64,000 nucleotides of DNA from Candidatus Giovannonibacteria bacterium RIFOXYD1_FULL_48_21 (GTDB taxonomy: Bacteria; Patescibacteriota; Minisyncoccia; JACPKW01; UBA11713). Shown here piece by piece: positions 8,279 through 17,943 of the stretch (position 1 is the first letter of the stretch; every line of letters begins with the position of its first letter). A program made the position numbers and the translations under genes. Under the pieces are notes generated by a model. It was not told the origin of the DNA, did not search any database, and was given only the letters and a program-made list of their open reading frames with translations. Location: NCBI GenBank assembly GCA_001778985.1, contig MFIU01000004.1, forward strand, positions 67,067 to 131,066, in the 5' to 3' direction.

Positions 8279-9922
8279 TCAGTAATCCTCGTGGGGCATT
8301 GGCCCCGCCGCGGCGGGATTCTCTTTTTTTGGAAGTTCGGCCACGATAACTTCCGTGGTCAAGAGCATGGCCGAAGCTGAAGCCGCGTTTTGGAGAGCCG
8401 AGCGGGTAACTTTTTTTGGGTCCACGATGCCGGCTTGTATCAAATCCTCATATTTTCCGGTGGCGGCGTTGTAGCCTAAATTATCTTTCAGTTTTAACAC
8501 CTCTTCCGTCACCACCGCGCCCGAAACCCCGGCGTTTTCCGCGATTTGCCAGAGGGGTTTCATAATGGCTAGCCTCAGAATTTCAATTCCGGTAACCTCG
8601 TCGCGATCCTGGCTCCTGGAATCTGTTTTCACGAGCATTTCATCCAATACTTTCGCCGCCCGGACCAGCGCCACGCCTCCGCCCGGCACGATTCCTTCTT
8701 CAATCGCGGCTTTGGTGGCCGAAATCGCGTCCTCAATCCGATGCTGTTTTTCTTTCTGCTCCACTTCGGTGGCCGCCCCAACCCTAATCACCGCCACGCC
8801 TCCGGAAAGTTTCGCCAATCTTTCTTCCAATTTCTCGCGGTCATAGTCCGAGTCGGTTTTTTCAATCAAAGCCTTGAGCTGTTTCATCCGTTTTTCAATG
8901 TCGCCCTTCTCACCTTGGCCGCCTACCAGCGTCGTGTTCTCTTTGGCGGCGATAACTTTCTTGGCGTGCCCCAACATGGCCAGTTCGGCTTTCTCGAGTT
9001 TCAATCCGGCTTTTTCCGAAATAACTTTGCCGCCGGTAACCACCGCGACATCTTCCAGCATTTCTTCCCGGCGGTCGCCGTAGCCCGGAGCTTTGACCGC
9101 CAAGACATTAAAGGTTCCGCGAATTTTGTTCACGACGAAAGTGGCCAAGGCTTCGCCCTCAACGTCCTCGGCGATAATCACAAGTTCCTTTTTGCCTTTC
9201 TGCGCCACCTTCTCCAAAAGCGGCAAAATTTCCTGGATGGAAGAAATTTTCTTGTCCGTGATTAAAATATCCACGTTTTCATAAACCGCTTCCATGCGTT
9301 CGGCGTTCGTAACCATATAGTGCGAGATGTAGCCGCGGTCAAACTGCAGACCTTCCACAATTTCGTAGGAAAGGCCGAAAGTCTGCGACTCTTCCACTGT
9401 AACCACGCCGTCCTTGCCGACTTTATGAATCACTTCGGCAATTCTCTCGCCGATCTCCGCGTCTTTGGCGGAGATGGTGGCCACCTGCGCGATGTCTTCC
9501 TTTTTTTCGCCCACCGGAATCGCGAGTTTTGCCAGATACTCCACCACGGCTTGGCTGGCTTTCTCAATACCGCGCTTCAAACCCATCGGGTTCGCTCCGG
9601 CGGCGATATTCTTAAGGCCTTCGGTGACGATGGCTTGAGCCAGCAAAGAGGCCGTAGTCGTTCCGTCGCCGGCCACATCGTTGGTCTTTGAAGCAACTTC
9701 TTTCACAATCTCCGCGCCCAAATTTTCGAGCTTATTCGGGAGTTCAATTTCCTTGGCAATCGTAACCCCGTCGTTGGTAATCGTGGGCGCGCCGAAACTT
9801 TTCTCCAGAACCACGTTCCGGCCCTTAGGCCCGAGGGTTATTTTCACGGCGTTCGCCACCTGGTCCACCCCGCGCTTCAAGGCTTCGCGCGCTTCGATGT
9901 TAAAAACAATTTGTTTTGGCAT
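8279..9922 (-). CDS. groL: chaperonin GroEL
   Basis: Full-length match including '[15 protein letters not shown]' and the C-terminal Gly/Met-rich tail. Uses a TGA stop. Confidence 0.95.
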   Translation of the reverse strand: MPKQIVFNIEAREALKRGVDQVANAVKITLGPKGRNVVLEKSFGAPTITNDGVTIAKEIELPNKLENLGAEIVKEVASKTNDVAGDGTTTASLLAQAIVTEGLKNIAAGANPMGLKRGIEKASQAVVEYLAKLAIPVGEKKEDIAQVATISAKDAEIGERIAEVIHKVGKDGVVTVEESQTFGLSYEIVEGLQFDRGYISHYMVTNAERMEAVYENVDILITDKKISSIQEILPLLEKVAQKGKKELVIIAEDVEGEALATFVVNKIRGTFNVLAVKAPGYGDRREEMLEDVAVVTGGKVISEKAGLKLEKAELAMLGHAKKVIAAKENTTLVGGQGEKGDIEKRMKQLKALIEKTDSDYDREKLEERLAKLSGGVAVIRVGAATEVEQKEKQHRIEDAISATKAAIEEGIVPGGGVALVRAAKVLDEMLVKTDSRSQDRDEVTGIEILRLAIMKPLWQIAENAGVSGAVVTEEVLKLKDNLGYNAATGKYEDLIQAGIVDPKKVTRSALQNAASASAMLLTTEVIVAELPKKENPAAAGPMPHEDY

Positions 9923-9923
9923 A

Positions 9924-10229
9924 TTATTCTTCGATTATTGCTAAAATATCTTCTTCTTTGGCGATAAGATATTCTTTCTCGTCAATTTTTATCTCAGTCG
10001 GGCCGTATTTGGAGAAAAGAACTTTTTGACCTTTCTGGACCGCGAGCGGGACAAGTTTTCCTTCGTCAGTCCTCCGGCCTTCGCCCACTTCCAGCACCCG
10101 ACCCTGCTCCGGCCGCTCTTTCTCGGCCGTATCCGGAATCACGATGCCGGATTTGGTTTTGCCTTCTTTTTCTTCGGGGCTCAAAGGTTCGATTAAAACC
10201 CTGTCCCCCAACGGCTTTAGCTTTAACAT
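9924..10229 (-). CDS. groS: co-chaperonin GroES
   Basis: 101 aa, '[11 protein letters not shown]...[11 protein letters not shown]', located immediately upstream of groEL. Confidence 0.95.
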   Translation of the reverse strand: MLKLKPLGDRVLIEPLSPEEKEGKTKSGIVIPDTAEKERPEQGRVLEVGEGRRTDEGKLVPLAVQKGQKVLFSKYGPTEIKIDEKEYLIAKEEDILAIIEE

Positions 10230-10313
10230 ATAAATATAATGCTAATCTACTAATTTATCCGAATGACACGAATATTCGCCGCATTCGCATATCATTCGTG
10301 GATTTGAATCATA

Positions 10314-10332
10314 CTAGCACTTTCAGTGCTAG
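10314..10332 (-). promoter_or_regulatory. CIRCE-like palindromic operator (CTAGCACT-N3-AGTGCTAG) upstream of groES-groEL
   Basis: A perfect 8+8 bp inverted repeat sharing the TAGCACT/AGTGCTA cores of the HrcA operator CIRCE. It lies 85 nt upstream of the groES start and is directly followed on the gene strand by TATGAT, which resembles a -10 box. A second perfect palindrome CGAATATTCG (10270-10279), nested in GAATG...CATTC, lies in the leader. Confidence 0.5.
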
Positions 10333-10398
10333 ACTGCTAATTCTCTATTTTAGGCAAGTCCAAAGCATTGTCAAGCCATTGAATAGAAAGCGGTAGAT

Positions 10399-10427
10399 TT
10401 GACAACCTTTATATTATCTACTATAAC
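10399..10427 (+). promoter_or_regulatory. near-consensus sigma70 promoter (TTGACA-N17-TATAAC) driving a small ORF
   Basis: The -35 box TTGACA (10399-10404), a 17-nt spacer and the -10 box TATAAC (10422-10427), followed by the Shine-Dalgarno sequence AAGGAGGT (10435-10442) and an ATG at 10450. Confidence 0.55.
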
Positions 10428-10449
10428 TGGAAAAAAGGAGGTATAGATC

Positions 10450-10689
10450 ATGAAAAAGAAAAGAAAGGTGTGGTGTTTTGCTCTTCTCATTAAGTTTCGA
10501 AAGTCTGGGCTTTTGGCCATCCATAAGGTGGGGGCGTTTAATAAAATAGACGCCTTACGCATCTTTCGTACTCTCCATGATATGCGCCCCTTAAAAATTA
10601 AGAATGTGTGGCGGGAAGGCATAACAAATGTCGAGTATGGATTGATAGAAGGAGGTTCCCAAGTTATCAAGTTCACGAAATCTCGCTAG
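10450..10689 (+). CDS. small basic protein (79 aa), unknown function
   Basis: A consensus promoter plus a perfect SD 7 nt upstream of the ATG. Lys/Arg-rich. Sits in an AT-rich island. Confidence 0.45.
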   Translation: MKKKRKVWCFALLIKFRKSGLLAIHKVGAFNKIDALRIFRTLHDMRPLKIKNVWREGITNVEYGLIEGGSQVIKFTKSR

Positions 10690-10739
10690 GGGTTTACTGC
10701 AAAGGAGGTGTCAAATCAACCCAAAAGGAGGAGACGACA

Positions 10740-10877
10740 ATGATCTTTGAGGCAATTTGTTGGATAGCATTGCTGGTGTGGGGCTCCACATTCGTAATAT
10801 CGGTGGCCTGCCCGCGCCTTGCTAGGCGTCTGCTGGGGGAGGGAAGGTCTCTCTTCATCCCTCCAGAAGACATATAG
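10740..10877 (+). CDS. small hydrophobic peptide (45 aa, single predicted TM helix)
   Basis: An ATG preceded by AAAAGGAGGAG. The sequence 'MIFEAICWIALLVWGSTFVISVACPRLARRLLGEGRSLFIPPEDI' has a hydrophobic core and a C-terminal charged tail. It is followed by an imperfect hairpin (10900-10939). Confidence 0.35.
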   Translation: MIFEAICWIALLVWGSTFVISVACPRLARRLLGEGRSLFIPPEDI

Positions 10878-10887
10878 AGCAGTGTAC

Positions 10888-11715
10888 CTAAGGGGCAGCA
10901 AACGGCCGTGCGTAAAAATCAGTATGCACGAGCCGTTTTCTTTTGCGCGTTATCTCGTGCGGATAATTTTTTATAGTAGCAAAGTCAAAGATATTTTCAG
11001 TTATCCCAAGTTTTGCCGCCAGATTTCTTGCCTTCTTCTCCCCACCGACGTAGTCAAAAACTTTTTTAACATTCCTCTGATATCTCCATTTTTCTAGCTT
11101 TCTGAGGGCTGAAAGAAGCTTTGTTACCTCTTGTTTCGATGGTGCCTTGAATCCTTGAGACATAAATCTTAAGCATGCAAATAGGTCTGCGGGGTGAGTA
11201 ATTTTATTTACGCGAAGACTTTTTTCTTTAAGATCGTGAATGGCATTTGGTAAGGCAATAATTTTTCTATGCCAATTTTTTGATGCCACATATTTTAAGG
11301 GGAGCGCGAAACCGTTAATGGTAAAATTAGAATGTGCGATTAGATTCTTTGTAACACTTTTCTCATTAGAAATATGAATATCAAGATAAATATAATCAGA
11401 AAGTTGTCTTGGGTTATTTACCTTTTTTCTCTTTAATGTAATTTCATCCTTTCTTTTCAGAAGACCGTACGTGAATCCAACCAATCTCAGTTTTTCGATG
11501 AATTTCTTTTTATTTCCGATAAACAGAATGTCGTAATCGCGTTGTGGCAGTTTCTTGTGAAAGAAATGATAATATAAGGCATTTCTTACCACGCCCCCAA
11601 CAACATAAATCTTGGTGTGTTTAGGAGCTGCTTGTATAACCTGCTTTAATATCTCGTTTGTCTTTGGATCCTGCATAAAGATTGGCGGATTGCCCGAAAA
11701 GTTTTTTCTGTCCAT
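10888..11715 (-). CDS. nucleotidyltransferase of the CCA-adding/poly(A) polymerase head-domain family (short, 275 aa)
   Basis: 'IYVVGGVVRNALYYHF...RDYDILF' matches the GGxVRD...DxD Pol-beta-type motif of tRNA nucleotidyltransferases. It is too short for a full CCA enzyme and lies in an AT-rich region. Confidence 0.5.
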   Translation of the reverse strand: MDRKNFSGNPPIFMQDPKTNEILKQVIQAAPKHTKIYVVGGVVRNALYYHFFHKKLPQRDYDILFIGNKKKFIEKLRLVGFTYGLLKRKDEITLKRKKVNNPRQLSDYIYLDIHISNEKSVTKNLIAHSNFTINGFALPLKYVASKNWHRKIIALPNAIHDLKEKSLRVNKITHPADLFACLRFMSQGFKAPSKQEVTKLLSALRKLEKWRYQRNVKKVFDYVGGEKKARNLAAKLGITENIFDFATIKNYPHEITRKRKRLVHTDFYARPFAAP

Positions 11716-11759
11716 ATGATTATTATATTCTGATTGCTAAATAAATAATGACCTTCTCC

Positions 11760-14573
11760 TTAAACTTTTTTAAGCCATGTTCCAGTCAAGGAGTTTTTGC
11801 TGTGTTTTAAATCCTCTGGAGTTCCCTCGGCTACAATGCGGCCGCCTTTGTCCCCGCCCTCCGGACCGAGGTCTAAAATCCAGTCGGCGTTTTTTAGAAC
11901 ATCAAGATTATGCTCAATCACCAAAACCGTGTTGCCTTTGTCAACGAGAGCCCGAAGAACTAATAAAAGTTTTCTAATATCTTCAAAATGAAGCCCGGTC
12001 GTGGGCTCGTCGAGAATATAAAGAGTTTTCCCCGTAGCTTTCTTGGCAAGCTCTGTGGCTAGCTTTACTCTTTGCGCCTCCCCTCCGGAAAGCGTGGTGG
12101 CTGATTGTCCCAATTTCATGTAACCAAGTCCGACTTCGTTCAGGGTTTCGAGGCGCTGGCGAACTTGAGGGATATTTTTAAAAAATTTAAGCGCCTCTTC
12201 GATGGAAAAATCCAGCACCTGGGCGATGTTCACGCCGTTATAATGAATCGCCAAAGATTCTTTGTTGTAGCGCGTCCCCTTGCACTCTTCGCATTCCACG
12301 TAAATATCGGGCAGAAAATACATTTCGATTTTTTTAACACCCTGGCCCTCGCAAACCTCGCATCGGCCGCCTTTGACGTTAAATGAGAAGCGTCCGGATT
12401 TGTAGCCGCGGCTTCTGGCTTCGCGGGTCTTCGCGAAAATTTCCCGGACGAAAGAGAAAGTTCCGGTGTAGGTCGCGGGATTGGAACGGGGCGTGCGGCC
12501 GATGGGCGACTGGTCCACCACCACGACTTTGTCCAAAAATTCCAAGCCTAAAATCTCATCATGCCTGCCGGGATTTTCCTTTGAACCGTAGAAATGCTTC
12601 AAAAGGGCAGTAGCCAAAATATCGTTGACTAAAGTGGACTTGCCGGAGCCGGAAACGCCGGAAACGCAGACGAATTTTTCCAAAGGAATATCAACCGAGA
12701 TATTTTTAAGATTATGTTCTTTTGCGCCTTTGATAATTAACTGAGGTCCGACCTCAGGGTTTTTTCGAGGTCGGACCTCTAATTTCCGGCGCCCTGCCAA
12801 ATAATCCGCAGTTAAAGTTTTAGCCCGCAGTAATCGGCGATATGTCCCCTCAAAAATAACCTGCCCTCCGTGTTTTCCGGCCCCGGGGCCCAAATCCAAA
12901 ATCCAATCAGCCTGGCGCATGGTTTCGCGGTCATGCTCCACGACCAAAATGGTGTTTCCATAATCGCGAAGTTTTTTCAGCGTCTGAATGAGGCGAGCGT
13001 GGTCGCGGGGATGAAGGCCAACCGAAGGCTCGTCCAGAACATAGATAACTCCGGAGAGGCCGGAGCCGATTTGGGTCGCCAATCTTACTCTCTGCGCCTC
13101 TCCTCCGGCCAGGGTAGTCGAGGAGCGGTCCAAGGTCAGATATTCCAGACCCACATCCAGCAAAAAACGAAGCCTGGCCGCGATTTCTTTTAAAAGCGGA
13201 GAGGCAATATTCGCACTCGCTTTTCCTTTTGAAAAATCTTTTTCAAGTTTTTTCACGAAACCCAGGGCAGATTCGGCGGATTCGGCCGCGAGATCCGCGA
13301 TATTCTTTCCCGCCATCAAGACCGAAAGAGCCTCTGGTTTCAACCTTTTGCCTTTACACTTCGGACAAGGCTCAAAAGTCATATAACGCTCGATCTCGGA
13401 GCGGGTCCATTCGGACTCGGTTTCTTTCCAGCGGCGCTCCAAATTCGGGATAACGCCTTCGTACCCGCCTGCCTGCCCGTCCCCATTAAGAATTAACTCC
13501 ACAACTTTTTTAGGGAGTTCTTTGACCGGAATCGAAAGCGAGAAGCCGTGTTTCTCCGCAAGGTCGGAAAGGGTGTACCAGTACCAGGACTGCCGGCCCA
13601 CGCGGTGCGAAGCTCTGGCCCAAGGAAAAATCGCGCCCTCCTCCAGGGTCAAATTTTTGTTAGGAAGGACCAGATTCGGGTCCACCTCCAAAGTGTGGCC
13701 GAGCCCGGTGCACTCGTCGCAGGCGCCGTAAGGCGAGTTGAATGAGAAAAGCCGCGGCTCAATCGGCGGGAGTGAACGTTCGCAGATAGGACAGGCGAAA
13801 TGCTCGGAGAAAAGATGGTCAGTGTATCCTTTTTCAATTTCAGTCGCGACCATCGCGATTCCATCGCCTTTGCGAAGCGCGGTTTCGAGCGAGTCCACCA
13901 AGCGCGAGCGCTCGGTCTCTTTGTCTAAAATCAACCTATCCACCACAACTTCCAAAGAATGCTTTTTCTTCGGGTCAAGTTTTTCTTCCAAAGCTTCTTC
14001 CAGCCGCATCACGATGCCGTCCAGCCTCACTCTTAAAAATCCTTCTCGGGCCAAAAGCGTCAGCTCCCGGCGGTGCTCTCCTTTTCTCTCGCGGACCAGC
14101 GGACCCAAAATCAAAATCGAGGAGCCCTGGGGCAATTCCAAAATTTTTTTTACCATCTGGTCCACGGACTGTCTTTGGACCTTGCGGCCGCATTGGGGGC
14201 AGTGCGGCTCGCCGAGCCTCGCGAACAAAATTCTAAGATAGTCGTAAATCTCGGTGATGGTCCCTACCGTGGAGCGCGGATTTTTGGAAACCGAGCGCTG
14301 GTCAATCGCTATCGCCGGTGAAAGCCCGGAGATTTCATCCACGTCCGGTTTTTCCGCGACGCCTAAGAACTGGCGGGCGTAAGAGGAAAGCGATTCCACG
14401 AATCTTCGCTCGGCCTCGGCGTAAATCGTGTCGAAAGCGAGCGAGGATTTTCCGGAACCCGAAAGCCCAGTGATGACCACGAGCTTATTTTTCGGAATAT
14501 CAACGCTGATATTCTTTAAATTGTGAACCCTCGCTCCCTTGATGCGTATGAAATCTTTCGACGGCAGAGCCAT
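11760..14573 (-). CDS. uvrA: excinuclease ABC subunit A
   Basis: 937 aa, two ABC ATPase modules ([10 protein letters not shown] / [10 protein letters not shown]) and zinc-finger Cys clusters. Confidence 0.95.
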   Translation of the reverse strand: MALPSKDFIRIKGARVHNLKNISVDIPKNKLVVITGLSGSGKSSLAFDTIYAEAERRFVESLSSYARQFLGVAEKPDVDEISGLSPAIAIDQRSVSKNPRSTVGTITEIYDYLRILFARLGEPHCPQCGRKVQRQSVDQMVKKILELPQGSSILILGPLVRERKGEHRRELTLLAREGFLRVRLDGIVMRLEEALEEKLDPKKKHSLEVVVDRLILDKETERSRLVDSLETALRKGDGIAMVATEIEKGYTDHLFSEHFACPICERSLPPIEPRLFSFNSPYGACDECTGLGHTLEVDPNLVLPNKNLTLEEGAIFPWARASHRVGRQSWYWYTLSDLAEKHGFSLSIPVKELPKKVVELILNGDGQAGGYEGVIPNLERRWKETESEWTRSEIERYMTFEPCPKCKGKRLKPEALSVLMAGKNIADLAAESAESALGFVKKLEKDFSKGKASANIASPLLKEIAARLRFLLDVGLEYLTLDRSSTTLAGGEAQRVRLATQIGSGLSGVIYVLDEPSVGLHPRDHARLIQTLKKLRDYGNTILVVEHDRETMRQADWILDLGPGAGKHGGQVIFEGTYRRLLRAKTLTADYLAGRRKLEVRPRKNPEVGPQLIIKGAKEHNLKNISVDIPLEKFVCVSGVSGSGKSTLVNDILATALLKHFYGSKENPGRHDEILGLEFLDKVVVVDQSPIGRTPRSNPATYTGTFSFVREIFAKTREARSRGYKSGRFSFNVKGGRCEVCEGQGVKKIEMYFLPDIYVECEECKGTRYNKESLAIHYNGVNIAQVLDFSIEEALKFFKNIPQVRQRLETLNEVGLGYMKLGQSATTLSGGEAQRVKLATELAKKATGKTLYILDEPTTGLHFEDIRKLLLVLRALVDKGNTVLVIEHNLDVLKNADWILDLGPEGGDKGGRIVAEGTPEDLKHSKNSLTGTWLKKV

Positions 14574-14702
14574 AAAGTTTTAATTATAGTCGGGATGTCA
14601 AGAGATTGCAACCTTTTTGGATATGCTTTCTGCTCCTTTTATTGTGGTCTCTCCTGCCGTTTCCGGGCTGGGCGCGAAAAATTTTCATGTTATCATCTCT
14701 TT

Positions 14703-15959
14703 ATGCTTTCGCGGAAAGATTTCAAAAAAGCGCCTAGCTCGCCGGGGATTTATTTTTTCTCCGCCAAAGGTGGAAAGATTCTCTACATCGGGAAGGCGGC
14801 GAATTTAAGATTGCGGCTTTTGAGCTACGCGGACACAAAAACCCTCGGGCCGGCCAAAGAAAAAATGCTCGAGGAGGCACCGAAAGTCGAATGGCGGGAG
14901 CTTGAATCCGAAGTGGAAGCGCTGATTGAAGAAGCGCTCGCTATAAAACAATATAAACCGCGCTACAACATTGTTTTTCGCGACGATAAACAATATCTTT
15001 TTGTGGGTTTCTCGAAAGAAAAATTTCCAAAAATAATTCCAACTCATCAAAAAAAGAAAAATTTTGAATATATCGGGCCGTTTACCGAGGGAGTATCTCT
15101 AAAAATAGTTTTAAAATCGCTCCAGAAAATATTTCCCTACTGTACATGCAAGGAAAAGCATAGGCGGCCCTGCGTTCGGGCCGAGATCGGACGTTGCCCT
15201 GGCTTTTGCTGCCTCAAAAATGTTGAACATTCAATGTTCAACATTAAAAGCTACCAAAAAAATGTTTCGGCGGTTAAAAACATCCTTCGCGGCAGAAAAC
15301 AAGATGTGCTTAAGACACTCGAAAAAGAAATGCACAGATTCTCCCAAATTCAAAACTTCGAGGAAGCCAGAAAAATCCGCGACCAAATCTTCGCTCTCGA
15401 AAACATTTTCAAGCACGCGCCAATCATCCGGCGGGAAATGAATCCGGAGCGTTTAAAAGCTTTGGTGCTCGCAAAAGAAATCCTGGGCCTGGCCGATGTT
15501 CCCCGAAGAATCGAGGGATATGATATTTCGAACATCCAAGGAACTAGTGCCGTGGGCTCAATGGTGGTCTTTGACAACGGCGAGCCCAAAAAAGAAGATT
15601 ATCGCTTGTTCAAAATTAGATTCAAAAAAACGCCCGATGATACTGCCATGCTCCAGGAAGTTTTAATACGCCGTCTTCGGCACGATGAATGGCCTCTGCC
15701 GGATTTGTTTTTAATAGACGGGGGTGTCGGGCAATTAAACGCCGCGCGAAAAGTTTTGGATTTATATCAGTTAAAAATTCCGGCAGTCGCGCTCGCAAAA
15801 CGCGAAGAGGAATTATGGCTAGGCTCGAGAAAATTTATTCCGCTGAAGCAGGTTTCGCCGGTTCTTTTGCATCTTTTCCAGCATATCCGTAACGAATCCC
15901 ACCGCTTCGCTATAACTTTCCACCGAAAGCGCCGTTCAAGATCATTATTGACGAAATAA
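14703..15959 (+). CDS. uvrC: UvrC-like excinuclease subunit, short form lacking the C-terminal (HhH)2 domain
   Basis: A GIY-YIG domain ('GIYFFSAKGGKILYIGKAANLRLRL'), a Cys cluster, a UVR domain and the UvrC RNase-H-like endonuclease region. It ends at ~418 aa without helix-hairpin-helix motifs. The start is taken at the ATG at 14703, not the overlapping upstream ORF start. Confidence 0.75.
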   Translation: MLSRKDFKKAPSSPGIYFFSAKGGKILYIGKAANLRLRLLSYADTKTLGPAKEKMLEEAPKVEWRELESEVEALIEEALAIKQYKPRYNIVFRDDKQYLFVGFSKEKFPKIIPTHQKKKNFEYIGPFTEGVSLKIVLKSLQKIFPYCTCKEKHRRPCVRAEIGRCPGFCCLKNVEHSMFNIKSYQKNVSAVKNILRGRKQDVLKTLEKEMHRFSQIQNFEEARKIRDQIFALENIFKHAPIIRREMNPERLKALVLAKEILGLADVPRRIEGYDISNIQGTSAVGSMVVFDNGEPKKEDYRLFKIRFKKTPDDTAMLQEVLIRRLRHDEWPLPDLFLIDGGVGQLNAARKVLDLYQLKIPAVALAKREEELWLGSRKFIPLKQVSPVLLHLFQHIRNESHRFAITFHRKRRSRSLLTK

Positions 15960-15983
15960 GCCCGCTGGGCTACACTTAAACCA

Positions 15984-16214
15984 ATGTCTTTTCTCGTTAA
16001 GGCTTTGCCCTACCTCGAGGTGGGGGTGGCGGTCCTCTTGGTTACGGCGATTCTGCTTCAGCAGCGAGGCTCGGGCCTCTCGGCGGCTTTCGGCGGCGAG
16101 GGCAATATTTACGCCACCAAGCGCGGACTCGAAAAAATTCTCTTCCGGACCACGATTGTTCTGGGAGCTTTATTTTTAATCCTGGCTTTTTTAAGCCTCG
16201 CTCTCCCCAAATAA
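15984..16214 (+). CDS. secG: preprotein translocase subunit SecG
   Basis: 76 aa, two TM segments with 'LLQQRGSGLSAAFGGEG'. Confidence 0.7.
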   Translation: MSFLVKALPYLEVGVAVLLVTAILLQQRGSGLSAAFGGEGNIYATKRGLEKILFRTTIVLGALFLILAFLSLALPK

Positions 16215-16221
16215 TCAAGAC

Positions 16222-17943
16222 GTGAGAATAAATTTTCCGTCATCCGACCAACTCCGCTATACCTTGCGCCTGATGAATCCCCGCCAAAGAGCCTGGCTGG
16301 CAATACTCGTTATTTTGACGGCGGTGGGTTTTTTCGGAACGCTGAATAAATTGAACGAGCGCTTTTCGGTGCTGGTGCCGGAGAACGGCGGAAGCATCAC
16401 GGAGGGAATTATCGGCTCGCCGCACTTTATAAATCCGCTTCTCGCCATCGCCGACCCAGACCGCGACGTGACCAATCTGGTTTATGCCGGTCTGATGCGC
16501 TCGGACGGCAAGGGCAATCTGGCGCCGGAGCTCGCCGAAAGATACGAAATTTCTCCGGACGGCCTTTCCTACACCTTTTATTTAAGACCGGGGGCGACTT
16601 TTCACGACGGCGAAGCGGTAACGGCTGATGACGTCATCTTCACCATCGAGTCGGCCAGAAATCCAACGCTGAAAAGCACCGTCCGGGCCGGCTGGGAAGG
16701 CGTGGAGCTGGAAAAGGTTGACGTAAAAACCGTCCGCTTCTGGCTGAAGCGGCCCTATGCTCCCTTCCTTGAAAATACCACCGTAGGCATTCTGCCGGCC
16801 CATCTCTGGAAAAATATTCCGGTTGAACAAATGAGTCTTTCAGAACTAAATTTAGAACCAGTCGGCGCCGGTCCCTTCAAAATCACCAATCTCAAAACCG
16901 AGAAGAGCGGCATAACCAGCTCCTACACTTTGCGGTCCTTTTCTGATTATGTCGGGGAGGAGCCATACCTTCGCAAAATTACGCTGAAATTCTATCCTTC
17001 CGAAGTCGAACTCTTGAATGCCTATGAATCCAAGGAGGTTGACGCCATTTCGGCCATCTCGCCTCAAAACATTAAAAAAATCGGGAGGGGGGGCGGAGAG
17101 ATAAAAACTTTGACTCTGCCGCGGGTCTTCGGCGTATTTTTCAATCAAAACGAGAAATCTCTGTTCATCGAGAAGGAGGTGCGTCAAGCTCTGGAACTGG
17201 CGGTGGACAAAAATCAAATCGTCGCCGAAGTGCTGGGAGGCTACGCTCGCCAAATCTCCTCGCCCATTCCGCCGGGCAGTTTCGGAGCCCTGGAAACCGA
17301 AAACCGCGGACAAAACCTGGAAGAGGCCCGAGGGCTCCTCGAAAAAAATAAATGGAAATTCAACTCCGAAAAAAATATCTATGAAAAAACTGAAAAGAAC
17401 AAAGCAACCAAAGAATTAAGTTTTTCTCTGGCCACCTCCAACGCGCCGGACCTGGTGCGGAGCGCCGACCTTCTGAAGGCGAGTTGGGAAAAATTGGGCG
17501 CCAAGGTGGAAGTCAAAGTTTTCGAAATCGCCGACCTTAACCAAAATGTGATTCGGCCCAGAAAATACGACGCCCTCCTCTTCGGCGAGGTGGTGGGCCG
17601 CGACCCCGACCCTTTCGCCTTCTGGCATTCTTCCCAGCGCAATGACCCTGGACTCAACATTGCCCTTTACACCTCGGCGAAGGTGGACAAAATTTTGGAA
17701 GAGGCCCGCGGCCTCATCTCCCGCGAAGAGCGAACCAAAAAATATGAAGAGTTCCAGAAAGAAATCTTCCAGGACAACCCAGCCATCTTCCTTTATTCGC
17801 CCTCCTTCATCTATATTCTGCCCAAAACTCTAAAGGGTTTCGAAACCGAATATATCGTAACCCCGGCCGAAAGATTCACCAATGTTTTTAAGTGGCACTT
17901 TAACACCCGCTATGTCTGGAAAATCTTTTACAAGAACGATTAA
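16222..17943 (+). CDS. ABC transporter substrate-binding protein, family 5 (peptide/nickel type), orphan
   Basis: 573 aa with an N-terminal signal/TM anchor and SBP_bac_5-like sequence features. No adjacent permease or ATPase genes. Confidence 0.6.
   Translation: MRINFPSSDQLRYTLRLMNPRQRAWLAILVILTAVGFFGTLNKLNERFSVLVPENGGSITEGIIGSPHFINPLLAIADPDRDVTNLVYAGLMRSDGKGNLAPELAERYEISPDGLSYTFYLRPGATFHDGEAVTADDVIFTIESARNPTLKSTVRAGWEGVELEKVDVKTVRFWLKRPYAPFLENTTVGILPAHLWKNIPVEQMSLSELNLEPVGAGPFKITNLKTEKSGITSSYTLRSFSDYVGEEPYLRKITLKFYPSEVELLNAYESKEVDAISAISPQNIKKIGRGGGEIKTLTLPRVFGVFFNQNEKSLFIEKEVRQALELAVDKNQIVAEVLGGYARQISSPIPPGSFGALETENRGQNLEEARGLLEKNKWKFNSEKNIYEKTEKNKATKELSFSLATSNAPDLVRSADLLKASWEKLGAKVEVKVFEIADLNQNVIRPRKYDALLFGEVVGRDPDPFAFWHSSQRNDPGLNIALYTSAKVDKILEEARGLISREERTKKYEEFQKEIFQDNPAIFLYSPSFIYILPKTLKGFETEYIVTPAERFTNVFKWHFNTRYVWKIFYKND

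Noticed and set aside
10371-10676. A 101 aa minus-strand ORF in the AT-rich island.
   Set aside because: It overlaps, antisense, the strongly signalled plus-strand small ORF (consensus promoter plus SD) and itself lacks an RBS.
10900-10939. Imperfect hairpin AAACGGCCGTGC...GCACGAGCCGTTT followed by a T-run, considered as a terminator for the plus-strand small ORFs.
   Set aside because: It lies inside the 3' coding end of the minus-strand nucleotidyltransferase ORF and the stem has a bulge. It is plausible but not separable from coding sequence.
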